DNA of 64,000 nt from positions 6,250 to 70,249 of the forward strand of contig JAUIKM010000009.1 in the NCBI GenBank assembly GCA_030430495.1. The letters run 5' to 3'. The translations under genes were made by a program, and so were the position numbers. The DNA comes from a bacterium (GTDB lineage: Bacteria; Bacteroidota; Ignavibacteria; Kapaibacteriales; UBA7675). The notes below the pieces were generated by a model. The model searched no databases and was not told the DNA's origin. It was given only the letters and a program-made list of their open reading frames with translations. This document shows positions 19,040-28,758 of the stretch, in pieces; position 1 is the first letter of the stretch; the number at the start of each line of letters is the position of its first letter.

Positions 19040-19683
19040 CTGTTTAATAACACGCCGGATTTTTCTCCGGCGACTTACACGGATGTTCCTGAGGGACTGA
19101 CACGGTTGAGCGCTGTAAAACGTGTAGCGGCTTTGTGGTTGGCGGGATTGAGGCCTGTCAGAAAGCGCTGTGCGCTTTTGGTTCTCCTGCCTGATTGACG
19201 CTGAACGACTTGAGGCTTGAGCGCTTCGCCCCTTCGTTCCACTCTGTGGCTTGCTTTTTTCTTTTTGTTTGCCGGCGGGTGTCGAACTTGGAGACATCGG
19301 GACCGCAAAAGGGTACGCCGGCCGTTGGTCGATTTTTTTCGATCAGATCAAATTTTTGTTTCGCTCGCTCTTATCGGCGAATTCAGCCTGCAAGGCGGAC
19401 ATCTCCGGCACGCGTAATGTAGATTTTTCACCTCGGCCATGTTTTCGGTTTGTTTCATTTGGCAAACGTTCGCTATGTTCCCACAAATTTCAAAGACATC
19501 TAAAAGAATCGCGCAGCACATCCACTCCCCAACACTCTGCATTTATGTATCCGATTCTTACTGGTCTCTGAATAACAGAAATCCGCAAAAACCACTGCCG
19601 TGAACCGCAAGGTTCAAACCCACTCGGTTGCGGAGAGTACATACGCCTTATGGATGGTGCACTGTTCAGTCCCGGCGTAAAGA

Positions 19684-19707
19684 TGAACCAAACAGACGTG
19701 TTTGGTT
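19684..19707. promoter_or_regulatory. 24-bp perfect palindrome GAACCAAACAGACGTGTTTGGTTC (10-bp arms, 4-bp spacer), a candidate dimeric TF operator.
   Basis: Read directly from the sequence, about 77 bp upstream of the 19784 ATG, inside an unusually AT-rich 740-bp intergenic region. Confidence 0.5.
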
Positions 19708-19783
19708 CGGCGACAAGTAAAAACCAAGGCCGTTTATCGCGATTTATTCGCTCAGTCATCCCAAACACTGGGAGTATTTCAAC

Positions 19784-20722
19784 ATGATGAAACAAATCTA
19801 TCAACGCTCATTGATAACGAGCACGCTTTTGACGACCGTTATGATTCTGCTGTTCTCAAGTTTAACCGCCAACGCACAATGCCTGCCGGACTGCCGGCAA
19901 TCGCCGTGGGGACCGCCGCAGACGAGAAATATCATCTTGTTTCATGAGTGTTTTGGCTGTGCTATAGAAGTGACTTTTGTCACAAGACGTGCTTGCGGAG
20001 CATTCGATGACATGCAGATAACTGAAGTAGAATTGGTTTCCGGCTGTGGTGGATGTACGCTGCAAGAAGTATTCGAAGCGGCATTTGAAGCACTGATTAT
20101 GGATGAACCTCGAATTTTTGAAGACCCTGATAATGGAGAGTGTGCAAATAACTGGCGTATTTCTTCAGCCGGCTGCTTTAACGAATGGTTCGTGACATTT
20201 CCGGAAGGAGGATCCGGTACATTCCTCGTGCCCTGCGACGGTGAAACCTGTTGTTTGACCCCGCTTCGGGTTTGTCGCGACAACAATGGAAATATTGAGT
20301 CAATCACACCTCTTGGTGGCCCCTTTGGCGGTGGTGATTGCGCCCAGTCTACTCCTGTATTTGGCGAGGGCCCCTGTTTTACGACCTGCGAATTTGACGG
20401 ATTTACTCTGGGCAAAGGTTCTCTACCTGGTGGCCGAGTTACCAACGATCCGGCACATGCCATTGAGCATGCGATTGCCATGCCCAATCCGGCAACCGGC
20501 ACCACGGTTGAATTCGAACTCGACGTAAACGCAGCCGGCCAGGCACATTTGGCGATTTATGACATGCAGGGGCGCATCGTCAAAGAAACATCTGTGAGCC
20601 TTGCCAATGGCAAAGCGCGCGTCGCCGTCGACGTCGCCGATTTGACACCGGGCTCCTACGTTTATGAACTGACGGTGGCCGGGCGCAAACTCGTCAACGA
20701 CAAACTTGTGATCAGCAAATAA
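19784..20722 (+). CDS. Secreted cysteine-rich protein with a Por/T9SS C-terminal sorting domain.
   Basis: N-terminal signal peptide MMKQIYQRSLITSTLLTTVMILLFSSLTANA. More than 25 Cys in about 200 aa. The C-terminal roughly 80 aa (NPATGTTVEFELDVNAAGQAHLAIYDMQGRIVKE...GSYVYELTVAGRKLVNDKLVISK) match the T9SS CTD pattern. Confidence 0.7.
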   Translation: MMKQIYQRSLITSTLLTTVMILLFSSLTANAQCLPDCRQSPWGPPQTRNIILFHECFGCAIEVTFVTRRACGAFDDMQITEVELVSGCGGCTLQEVFEAAFEALIMDEPRIFEDPDNGECANNWRISSAGCFNEWFVTFPEGGSGTFLVPCDGETCCLTPLRVCRDNNGNIESITPLGGPFGGGDCAQSTPVFGEGPCFTTCEFDGFTLGKGSLPGGRVTNDPAHAIEHAIAMPNPATGTTVEFELDVNAAGQAHLAIYDMQGRIVKETSVSLANGKARVAVDVADLTPGSYVYELTVAGRKLVNDKLVISK

Positions 20723-20760
20723 TATACTGAATCGTTATTTTATCTTTTTCTCAGAATACT

Positions 20761-22236
20761 ATGCAACGCAATTCAGCCGATTACGGTTGTTGGCTGCAAG
20801 AAGTAGGAGGGATCGCATCACCGGTCCCTCCTACCTTTATTGATACTTTCAATCGGACTTCAATGAAGCCCGCACGGACGACAGACAAAATCATGCACAA
20901 TTTCAAATCGCCCCTTCGCCTCAACATCGGGAAATTTTTCGCTTGTTTCTTTATCAACAGTATGTTCGTAGTAGTCTGCGCCATTGCGCAGCCACACTAC
21001 TGGGAGACTGTCGATCATATCCCAAGCCTTGATTACGAGGACATTGATTGTGCCGACAGCAATTCAATAATGGCGGTTGGCAACTGGGCCAACGGAGCGA
21101 GGCCGACAATCCGTAGAACGACGGATGGCGGCAAGACCTGGACCTCAGTAATTGAGAATGAAGTCGAGCGCGATGAAAATGGGAATGCAATCAGTTTTCC
21201 AATTCGTTTTATTGCGATTTCCCATCCTTCACCAGATATTGCCATCGTCGCTGCGGACAGTGGATTGATTTTGAGAACCTATGATCAAGGAAGTACCTGG
21301 GACACTCTGAATTTTGGCTTTGATGAGAGATTTCGCGACGTCGCGGTGACGCCCGCCGGCTCCGGAATTGCCACGACTATCAATGACCGGATATTTCTTA
21401 CAAATGATAGTGGAAAAACCTGGGAAGAAATCGAGTCGCCCGGAATAGCTTCTCAACGTGACATTGCATTTTACGACGGCATTGACGTTGTCCTGAAAGT
21501 ATTCACTGGTCCTGAAAACGGTGTTGGAGTCCGAACTAAAAAACTGGGAGAAAAGCAATGGAACGCCTTTGTAGCTCCAAACGAGCCTGGTGAAATGTTT
21601 TTCGCCACACCCGAAATTGGTTGGCTGGTTGGTTTTGAAACGACCGAAGGCAGTATTGGGAACGACCTCATTTACTCCACCACAGACGGAGGTAAAAACT
21701 GGACAACATTGCTTCGTGAACAAATAGAACAACCCTATGGATTGTACAGCATTGCCTTCGCCGACGAAAATCACGGTATAGCAGGCGGCTACTACGGTAA
21801 AATTCTTCGCACCAGTGACGGCGGTAAAAACTGGATTGTGGATACATCCGATATCAGAGAGTCCATTTTCCATGTGGTCATGAAGGTTTCATACCCCTAC
21901 ATAGATCTGGCTTATGCTGTCAGCCAAAACGGCCACATCGTGCGTTACAAACCGACGACCACATCGGTGGACGACGACACTCCGCGACGTCAAAACGAAC
22001 CCGTCACGCTCTACCCCAATCCGGCCACGCAGACAATCAATATCAAACTGCCGAAGCACTGTTTAAACTCGACAGTTGAACTCTTTGACGCCGCAGGCAG
22101 AAAGCTGCGGACACGGAACGCGCGGTCCGCCCGACAGATTGCTCTCGACGTCAATGGTCTGGAAGCGGGACTTCACATTGTCAGGCTCTCCGGCTGCGGC
22201 GAGTCATATACGCAGACGGTGATGATTGCCCGTTAA
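20761..22236 (+). CDS. Secreted BNR/Asp-box (Ycf48-like) beta-propeller repeat protein with a T9SS C-terminal sorting domain.
   Basis: Repeated S/T-x-D-x-G-x-T/N-W motifs: TTDGGKTWTSV, TYDQGSTWDTL, TNDSGKTWEEI, STTDGGKNWTTL, RTSDGGKNWIV. The C-terminus YPNPATQTINIKL...VELFDAAGRKL...GLHIVRL has the T9SS CTD pattern. The likely start is an internal Met (MKPAR, or MHNF at 20893) before the hydrophobic signal segment. Confidence 0.7.
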   Translation: MQRNSADYGCWLQEVGGIASPVPPTFIDTFNRTSMKPARTTDKIMHNFKSPLRLNIGKFFACFFINSMFVVVCAIAQPHYWETVDHIPSLDYEDIDCADSNSIMAVGNWANGARPTIRRTTDGGKTWTSVIENEVERDENGNAISFPIRFIAISHPSPDIAIVAADSGLILRTYDQGSTWDTLNFGFDERFRDVAVTPAGSGIATTINDRIFLTNDSGKTWEEIESPGIASQRDIAFYDGIDVVLKVFTGPENGVGVRTKKLGEKQWNAFVAPNEPGEMFFATPEIGWLVGFETTEGSIGNDLIYSTTDGGKNWTTLLREQIEQPYGLYSIAFADENHGIAGGYYGKILRTSDGGKNWIVDTSDIRESIFHVVMKVSYPYIDLAYAVSQNGHIVRYKPTTTSVDDDTPRRQNEPVTLYPNPATQTINIKLPKHCLNSTVELFDAAGRKLRTRNARSARQIALDVNGLEAGLHIVRLSGCGESYTQTVMIAR

Positions 22237-22322
22237 ACTTCTTTCAAAGGCGCAGGGTGTACAGATCTACGTAATTTTCTCAGAGATTGAAGAATCTGCC
22301 GTTTTTGGCACGACAGAAAAAT

Positions 22323-22351
22323 GAGCTGTGTGCCCTAAGGGCACACAGCTC
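22323..22351. terminator. Bidirectional intrinsic-terminator-like hairpin between convergent genes.
   Basis: GAGCUGUGUGCCC-UAA-GGGCACACAGCUC, a perfect 13-bp stem with a 3-nt loop, flanked by T-rich runs on both strands (tacgtaattttc appears on both sides). Confidence 0.6.
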
Positions 22352-22421
22352 ATACGTAGTTTTACGTAATTTTCAGTCTTTTCGCCGCAGCGACCAACGC
22401 TCAACCCAAAATCCCGCCCGC

Positions 22422-25400
22422 TCAGGCGTCGGGAAGTGACAAACCAGCCGCCGAGTCTCCCGGCGCCCCGGCTTTGAACTGGAGCTGCCGCATATGCTGC
22501 TCCAACTGCGGAATAATGCCGTTCAGGTATGCCGAACCCGAAGCGCGGTACTCAGTGATAATCTTCTGAATTTCCGCGATGGCCGCTACCACATCGCCCT
22601 CCGCCGTGTGGCGCTCGATGCGCAGCTGATCGATGACCGCTCGCAGGCCGGGGTCGTCGGCCCGGCCGATTGAAGCGCCGTAATCGCGCCAGTACTGCAT
22701 CGCTTCGTCGTAGCGACCGAGTATGGTCACCGCCTCGGCGGCAATCTGCATCGGGTTGTACGAATACGTGTACAGTTCGCGCGTGCCCCACAGATCCCGG
22801 TTGTTTAACAGATGTTCCGAGGACTTCAGTGCCATCTCCGCGAATTCGCGCGCACGCTCCGTTGCTCCCGCGCGCAGGTACATGTCGGCTGTTTGCAGCT
22901 CGACGGCAAAAGGCATCGGGAACATCTCCGTAGAAATGTAGTCGTTCATTGTGTTGAGCACCTGCTGCGCCTTGTCGTTTTTGCCGCGAGCAATCAACCA
23001 GTTGGCGTAGTTCATGTAGATATTGCGATAGCTCGGAATCGGACGACGGTTGGACTCATCGTAGTAAACATCCGGGTTGTTTAAGTTGCGCAGCTTCCAG
23101 CCGGGATGCGGTTCGGTGAAGAACTCATCACCCTCAACGATATTCATGATTGTCCGGTCCATCATCTCTTCACTACAGGCGTACAGATCGCCGCGATTGT
23201 GCTGCGGTACCGGACAAACGCGCATAGCCATGCCCTCCATCCTGAAGTGATCCTGCAAACCTGCGTAGGCGTCTGGACCGACAGACAGGGAGAAGTACAC
23301 GGGCCGCTCAAATCGAATAACTTCGATTATTTCGCGGATCAACTGATCCTGAACACGGAACACGTACTCGCCTTCACCGTGATTAAACTCCTCACCCTCA
23401 AAGAGCCAGCTCATCTTCGGCGTCTGCAACAAGGCCGGGTCGTCCGTGTATTGCGCCATGATTTCGCGGCGCACCGGCACTTCAACCTGACGGGCCTTGT
23501 CGATGTAGTACGACAGCGCCTCGCGGGCGTTGGGATCGTCAACCTGGATTGACTCATCGCTGAAACGCAGTGGAATGGCCGCAGCGCCCCACGGTTCGCT
23601 GTTTTTCAGTTGATTGACGTACCAGGGGGTATTGCCGAGGCTCAGGTTAACAATGCGTACGTCGCGACGCACGCCGGCAACGTCCTGCATGTACCAGACC
23701 GGAAATGTGTCGTTGTCGCCGTTGGTAAACACAATCGCATTTTCGTCAACGCTCTGCAGGATATTGTAGGCGTAGTCAAAGGGCATGTAGTTGCCGCTGC
23801 GATCGTGCACTTTCCACCCCTGGATGGCCATGCTCGCCGGCGCGGCGACAAAACTCACCAGCAGGACGCAGGCCACAATCGGCAGGGCCATGCGTTTATT
23901 GATGCTGCGTGCGCGTTCCGCCAGATAATAAACGCCGATTCCGATCCACATGGCAAAGATCATGAATGAACCGGTGTAAAAGTAATCGCGCTCGCGCGGC
24001 TGCGGATTCTGTTGGTTCTGCTGCAAGGCAACGATTATCCCCGCCAGAATAAACAGAATGAAAAATGACGCGGCGGCTTTTGGATCGCGCCGTGCATGAT
24101 AAAACAAACCGAGCAGGCCCAACAGAAAAGGCAAAGCAAAAAAGTTAATCGGAAAATAGTCCGCGAACAGTCCGACGCGATAATTCCAATAGTCCACATC
24201 TGCGCCCGGATGCACCCAGGGAGAATCCTGTATGTCGCCGACGCGCCCGATAAAATTCCAGGCAAAATAGCGCCAGTACATGTGGTCGGCCTGGTAGCTG
24301 AGCAGGTAGTTCAACTCCGCCCGGGTATTGATGTCGCTGTTCTCGTAGTCGACCACGCTCAACGCCATACCGTCGCGACGAACAACGCGTTTGCGCGCCG
24401 GCGGCTGCCATTCGCCATAGGCGTCAAAGTTGCGCTGAATCTGCTTGCGCGTATCGTGGCGACGCGGCCAGAAAGGAGCCTGGGGATATTGTTCGCGCCC
24501 CAGATAGTCCGCCAGGCCGCTGAGGTCGCCGGGATTGTTTTCATTCATCGGCGGATTGGCATTTGCGCGCAGCAGAATGTGACCGTACGTGCTGTAGCCG
24601 AGAACCGTCAGAATAAAACAGGCGCTGACGAGCGTCAACAGCCCCGACCGGCGACGGTATGCCCAGATAAACAGCACCAACGCAGCGCTTAATATTGAAT
24701 ATGCCAGGAGCCGCAACAGGGAGCTGTCCACCGCCATCCACTCGTTCGCTTCCGTCTTGAACGGCGCGTGACCGTCCATCATGCCCGGCAGCCACTTGAC
24801 CATACCGGGATAAATCACAAAAAAGACGGCTACAGCTATTGCGCCCATTGTGATAAATGTTAACGGTTTGAATTCGTACTTGCGGAAGTACACGATCATC
24901 GCAATCGGAAATATCGTCAGCAGAGCCAACAGGTGAACGCCGATCGACAATCCAAGCAGATAGGCAATGAGGAGCAAATAGCGCTCGTGCCCCGCCTCGT
25001 CGGCAGCTTGATGCCAGCGTAAAATCAGCCAGACAGTCAGCGCGACGAACAAAGTCGAAGCGGCATAAACCTCCGATTCCACTGCGTTGAACCAAAAAGT
25101 ATCGCTGAATGTCAACGAACATGCGCCGACAAACCCCGCGCCGTACACCGAGAGCGCCTCCGTGAATTCGCGCGGCCGGCCGCCGCGGAAATTGTCAATC
25201 ACCAGGACAATTATCAGGTACAACAGCAGCGCTATCACCGCACTTGCACAGACGGAAACGAGATTAACACGCCAGGCCGACTCGCCGAAGGGGATCAGCA
25301 AATCAAATGTTTTACCGACCATCAGAAAAAGCGGCGCGCCCGGCGGATGCGGCACCTGCTGCTGTACGGCCGCCGCGGTAAATTCCCCGCAATCCCAGAA

Positions 25401-25493
25401 CGGAACAGTATCCTGTACCGTCAGCAGGTAGGTGCAGAACGCCAGGATAAAGGTCAGAAATGCAAAAGATCGATGCAGTAATTTTACGTTCAT
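22422..25493 (-). CDS. DUF2723 (TMEM260-type) GT-C membrane glycosyltransferase-like protein with a C-terminal TPR region. Paralog 2.
   Basis: N-terminus MNVKLLHRSFAFLTFILAFCTYLLTVQDTVPFWDCGEFTAAAVQQQVPHPPGAPLF. Collinear with the 14655..17726 paralog along the whole length, with the same TM block and the same soluble repeats. Confidence 0.8.
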   Translation of the reverse strand: MNVKLLHRSFAFLTFILAFCTYLLTVQDTVPFWDCGEFTAAAVQQQVPHPPGAPLFLMVGKTFDLLIPFGESAWRVNLVSVCASAVIALLLYLIIVLVIDNFRGGRPREFTEALSVYGAGFVGACSLTFSDTFWFNAVESEVYAASTLFVALTVWLILRWHQAADEAGHERYLLLIAYLLGLSIGVHLLALLTIFPIAMIVYFRKYEFKPLTFITMGAIAVAVFFVIYPGMVKWLPGMMDGHAPFKTEANEWMAVDSSLLRLLAYSILSAALVLFIWAYRRRSGLLTLVSACFILTVLGYSTYGHILLRANANPPMNENNPGDLSGLADYLGREQYPQAPFWPRRHDTRKQIQRNFDAYGEWQPPARKRVVRRDGMALSVVDYENSDINTRAELNYLLSYQADHMYWRYFAWNFIGRVGDIQDSPWVHPGADVDYWNYRVGLFADYFPINFFALPFLLGLLGLFYHARRDPKAAASFFILFILAGIIVALQQNQQNPQPRERDYFYTGSFMIFAMWIGIGVYYLAERARSINKRMALPIVACVLLVSFVAAPASMAIQGWKVHDRSGNYMPFDYAYNILQSVDENAIVFTNGDNDTFPVWYMQDVAGVRRDVRIVNLSLGNTPWYVNQLKNSEPWGAAAIPLRFSDESIQVDDPNAREALSYYIDKARQVEVPVRREIMAQYTDDPALLQTPKMSWLFEGEEFNHGEGEYVFRVQDQLIREIIEVIRFERPVYFSLSVGPDAYAGLQDHFRMEGMAMRVCPVPQHNRGDLYACSEEMMDRTIMNIVEGDEFFTEPHPGWKLRNLNNPDVYYDESNRRPIPSYRNIYMNYANWLIARGKNDKAQQVLNTMNDYISTEMFPMPFAVELQTADMYLRAGATERAREFAEMALKSSEHLLNNRDLWGTRELYTYSYNPMQIAAEAVTILGRYDEAMQYWRDYGASIGRADDPGLRAVIDQLRIERHTAEGDVVAAIAEIQKIITEYRASGSAYLNGIIPQLEQHMRQLQFKAGAPGDSAAGLSLPDA

Positions 25494-25753
25494 GGTCTTC
25501 CGTCCGGAATTCGCAGCCGCAGTTTGTTAAAGACAAACAATGGCGGCGACGGCAATGAAATGCAGGGGCGTACGCCTCCGCTTCACCGTCGAATGTGAAG
25601 TGTCAATCTGTGTTTAAGTACGGATAGAGGGGCGGCTCGCTACGACCGCACCGAAGTGAATACCGGGACAGCGTCGTGGTTAACGCTTAAACAAACCCGA
25701 CCCGCGCCTGCACGGCTCCGGGTTTTCGTTTAACGACTTTTTCTGAGCAGAGA

Positions 25754-26659
25754 TTACTCGACAATGGTTCCGATTCGGCCAAAATCAATTTCGCCCCGGT
25801 CGTCGCGCGACCAATACACCAGGACGGCCTTGCCGAGAATTCTGTCGCATGCCACGCATCCCCAATAGCGCGAATCGTAGCTGTTGTCGCGATTATCGCC
25901 TACAACAAAGACGTAGTCGTGCTCGAATGTATAGCTGTCGCAGTATTCGCCGTTGATGTACACCTTAGCTTCGCTGAGGTTCACGCGATTACCGGCGGAA
26001 ATGATTAATTCTTTCCATGCTTCGATATTCCTATCGTCTATCTTGATCGTCAGCCCGCGGTAAGGCACGATCAATCGTTCGCGTGGCGCACCCTCCGGCA
26101 CGGCCAGATGCATGCGCTGTGCGCGCATGAGGAATGCACCGCCGAGCTTCGGCAGGTCGAGCTGTTGATTTGTCGTCAGATTCGTCAGGCGGCGACCGTC
26201 AAAGTGGACCGAATCGCCGGGCAGCCCCCAGGCGCGTTTGACGTAGCGCTCCAGCGGCGCGTCCCTGAGCCCATAAGCCGGAAAGTCAAAAACGATGACG
26301 TCGTCGTGCTCGACGTCAAAAGTTGAAAATCGCCAGTCGAGCGGGTTGTCCGCGTCGGTGAAAGGTATCGTGCGCGGCAGCCCCGCCGAATACGCCAGTT
26401 TGTTGACGACAACAAAATCGCCGATGTGCAGCGTCGGCTGCATCGAGCCGCTCGGAACCGAGAAAATGTCGAGCACAAAAATCTTTAACATCAGGCCCAC
26501 CGCCAGCGCCCAGATCAGCGCCTCGACGATGTCGCGAAGCCCGATGGAATCGGACTTGGGCCCGGGAGCCTTGTCGGAATCCGACGCCGGGCCGCTCTCA
26601 TCTTTCCGCTCCGACGGATCGGGCGCTTCGGCGCCGTTATGTTGGCTGGATTCGCTCAT
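25754..26659 (-). CDS. lepB: Signal peptidase I (S26 family), paralog 1 of 3.
   Basis: Catalytic Ser box PSGSMQPTL, Lys box KRAWGLPGD, and box E VVGDNRDNSYDSRYWG. N-terminal acidic, low-complexity extension followed by a TM segment. Confidence 0.85.
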   Translation of the reverse strand: MSESSQHNGAEAPDPSERKDESGPASDSDKAPGPKSDSIGLRDIVEALIWALAVGLMLKIFVLDIFSVPSGSMQPTLHIGDFVVVNKLAYSAGLPRTIPFTDADNPLDWRFSTFDVEHDDVIVFDFPAYGLRDAPLERYVKRAWGLPGDSVHFDGRRLTNLTTNQQLDLPKLGGAFLMRAQRMHLAVPEGAPRERLIVPYRGLTIKIDDRNIEAWKELIISAGNRVNLSEAKVYINGEYCDSYTFEHDYVFVVGDNRDNSYDSRYWGCVACDRILGKAVLVYWSRDDRGEIDFGRIGTIVE

Positions 26660-26686
26660 GAACTCGCTGATTATTCTGCTGCCGGT

Positions 26687-27598
26687 CTATTCCACGGAAG
26701 TCATAAAGCGATCCGACCGCGTCTGCCCCGTTACCGGATCGACCGAGTAGTAGACGAGGAAAGGACTGCCCACGACGTCGTCAAGCGCCACAAATCCCCA
26801 GTAGCGGCTGTCGAGACTGTTGTCGCGGTTGTCGCCCATCATGAAAAGATAGTCGCGCTCGACAGTGTAGTTCATCACTGGGCGGCCGTCGATCACCCAA
26901 TTTTCGTTGAGAAAATCGATATTGACGGCGTGCCCCTCACGCGCGATGAACACCTGCCATCTGTTGATGGTCTCTTCACTCAGGTCGAGCGTCACGACGT
27001 CGCCTGCGGCCGGGACGCGCAGCGGACCGTATTCGGTGGCCGACCATTCGCTGCCCTTGGGGAAAATCCTTCCCGCACCGGCCGGCATCCACGGATTGTC
27101 TTCGCGGTAGGCGTGTTCCGGCAGCGCGTCTTTGAGGCCGTTGATGTACAAATCGTTATGGCGCATCTCCACCGTGTCTCCGGCAATAGCCACACAGCGC
27201 TTCAGGTAGTAGTTGAATTGTCCCGCCTCGATCTGATCGCGATCGCCGGGATATTCAAATACCACCAGGTCGCCGCGGTCGGGTTCATCCCAGGAAGGCA
27301 GAAGCGGGATCCAGGGCGCTTCCACGCCGAGAACGGGAATGGTGCGTGGCGTGGTCAGCCGGTAACGCGCTTTGTTGACGAGTACGTAGTCGCCCGCAAG
27401 CACGGTGCCTTCCATCGAGCCCGTTGGGAGGAAAAAAGTGGACACGGAGCAGAAGTAGAGAAAACCCAAAATACACGACGCGGCTATCAGACCATAGATT
27501 CCGCGCGATCGCCTGGGCGTTTTATCCGAAGCCTTGTCAATTCGGGCCATACAAGCGATTCTCGTTGCGTGGTCGCCGGAACACCGGCCGTTGATCAC
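26687..27598 (-). CDS. lepB: Signal peptidase I (S26 family), paralog 2 of 3.
   Basis: PTGSMEGTVLAGDYVLVNK, KRCVAIAGD, MMGDNRDNSLDSRYWG. An alternative start at the Met at 27550 is possible. Confidence 0.85.
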   Translation of the reverse strand: MINGRCSGDHATRIACMARIDKASDKTPRRSRGIYGLIAASCILGFLYFCSVSTFFLPTGSMEGTVLAGDYVLVNKARYRLTTPRTIPVLGVEAPWIPLLPSWDEPDRGDLVVFEYPGDRDQIEAGQFNYYLKRCVAIAGDTVEMRHNDLYINGLKDALPEHAYREDNPWMPAGAGRIFPKGSEWSATEYGPLRVPAAGDVVTLDLSEETINRWQVFIAREGHAVNIDFLNENWVIDGRPVMNYTVERDYLFMMGDNRDNSLDSRYWGFVALDDVVGSPFLVYYSVDPVTGQTRSDRFMTSVE

Positions 27599-27666
27599 CG
27601 CATGTTCGGCGCGCGCCCACCTGAATCAGACCGGCGCGCTCAGCATTTCACCTTGTGATTTTTAAC

Positions 27667-28584
27667 TCAGTCGATGCCGGTAAAAATCCGGTCCAGTCGC
27701 AGGCGCGACCACTTTTCTGCCAGAGGATATTCCTGATTGCTGTTCTTCGGGCCTACTTCCCAGGACCAATACACAAACATCGGTGTGCCGACGATATTGT
27801 CAACCGGAACAAAACCCCAGAAGCGGCTGTCGAGGCTGTCATCGCGATTGTCGCCCATGCCGAAAACGTAGTCGCGCTCAACTGTATACGTCTGCGCCTC
27901 CACCCCGTCGATGCGCCACGTCCCCGTCGCCTGGTCGTAATCCACGTCGTGACCCTCGCGCTGAATAAAGATATTCCAGCGATTGAACGTGTCGGGATCG
28001 GCATCCAGCGTCACCACATCGCCTTCCTTCGGCACCGTAATCGGGCCGTAATTCGACGGCGACCAGCTGGTTCCACGCGGAAACAGGCTGCCAGGGCGGT
28101 AGTGTTTGTCCCCGCTGAAATTCGCCAGCTCGGGGTTTTCCTGCAGACTGCCGTTCACGTACAACTTGTTTTCGCGCACTTCCACTTCATCGCCGCCGAC
28201 AGCTACGCAGCGTTTGAGATAGTAGGTGAATTCTTTGGATTCAACCATGTCGCGATCGCCCGGAAAGATAAACACAATCACGTCGTTGCGCTCCGGAGCC
28301 CAGATCGGCGCCGTCTTCCAGAACGGCAGGGGCTCGTTCAGAAAAGGAACGATCTGCGGCGTGGAAGGACCGTACACAAATTTGTTTACAAAGACAAAAT
28401 CACCGGCGAGCACCGTGCCCTCCATGGAGCCGGTCGGTACGACGAAGGACGCTACCAGCGCGCCGTTGACGAACATGACGATGATGATGGCGCCGATGAT
28501 TGTTTTAATCCAGGAGGTCAGGCCGGCCACAAAACCGACTTTTTCATTTGAAGGTCGTTTGCCCTCCGACTTTGGTCTCGCCAC
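27667..28584 (-). CDS. lepB: Signal peptidase I (S26 family), paralog 3 of 3.
   Basis: PTGSMEGTVLAGDFVFVNK, KRCVAVGGD, GMGDNRDDSLDSRFWG. Located immediately downstream of lepA, the canonical lepA-lepB arrangement. Confidence 0.85.
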   Translation of the reverse strand: MARPKSEGKRPSNEKVGFVAGLTSWIKTIIGAIIIVMFVNGALVASFVVPTGSMEGTVLAGDFVFVNKFVYGPSTPQIVPFLNEPLPFWKTAPIWAPERNDVIVFIFPGDRDMVESKEFTYYLKRCVAVGGDEVEVRENKLYVNGSLQENPELANFSGDKHYRPGSLFPRGTSWSPSNYGPITVPKEGDVVTLDADPDTFNRWNIFIQREGHDVDYDQATGTWRIDGVEAQTYTVERDYVFGMGDNRDDSLDSRFWGFVPVDNIVGTPMFVYWSWEVGPKNSNQEYPLAEKWSRLRLDRIFTGID

Positions 28585-28758
28585 GGTTTTACCCTGTATT
28601 GTATCGTGATAGAAAGGTCTGCAAGTGAGTTTTCAGCCCCGCATTTCAGGCGACGCAACGCCGCGCTCCGCGAGCCACAGTGATGCAGCTACGCGCCCGG
28701 TCGGCAAATGTTTCCACCGCCGGAATATCCGCGGCCGTAAACGGCAAAAGTCGGCAGT

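Noticed and set aside
17840-19297. Full 485-aa track ORF for hemW, with an 86-aa S/Q/R/K-rich N-terminal extension.
   Set aside because: The extension has no Met, is low-complexity, and overlaps an intergenic repeat motif (ttttgtttgccggcggg at 19255). The gene was shortened to the GTG at 19039.
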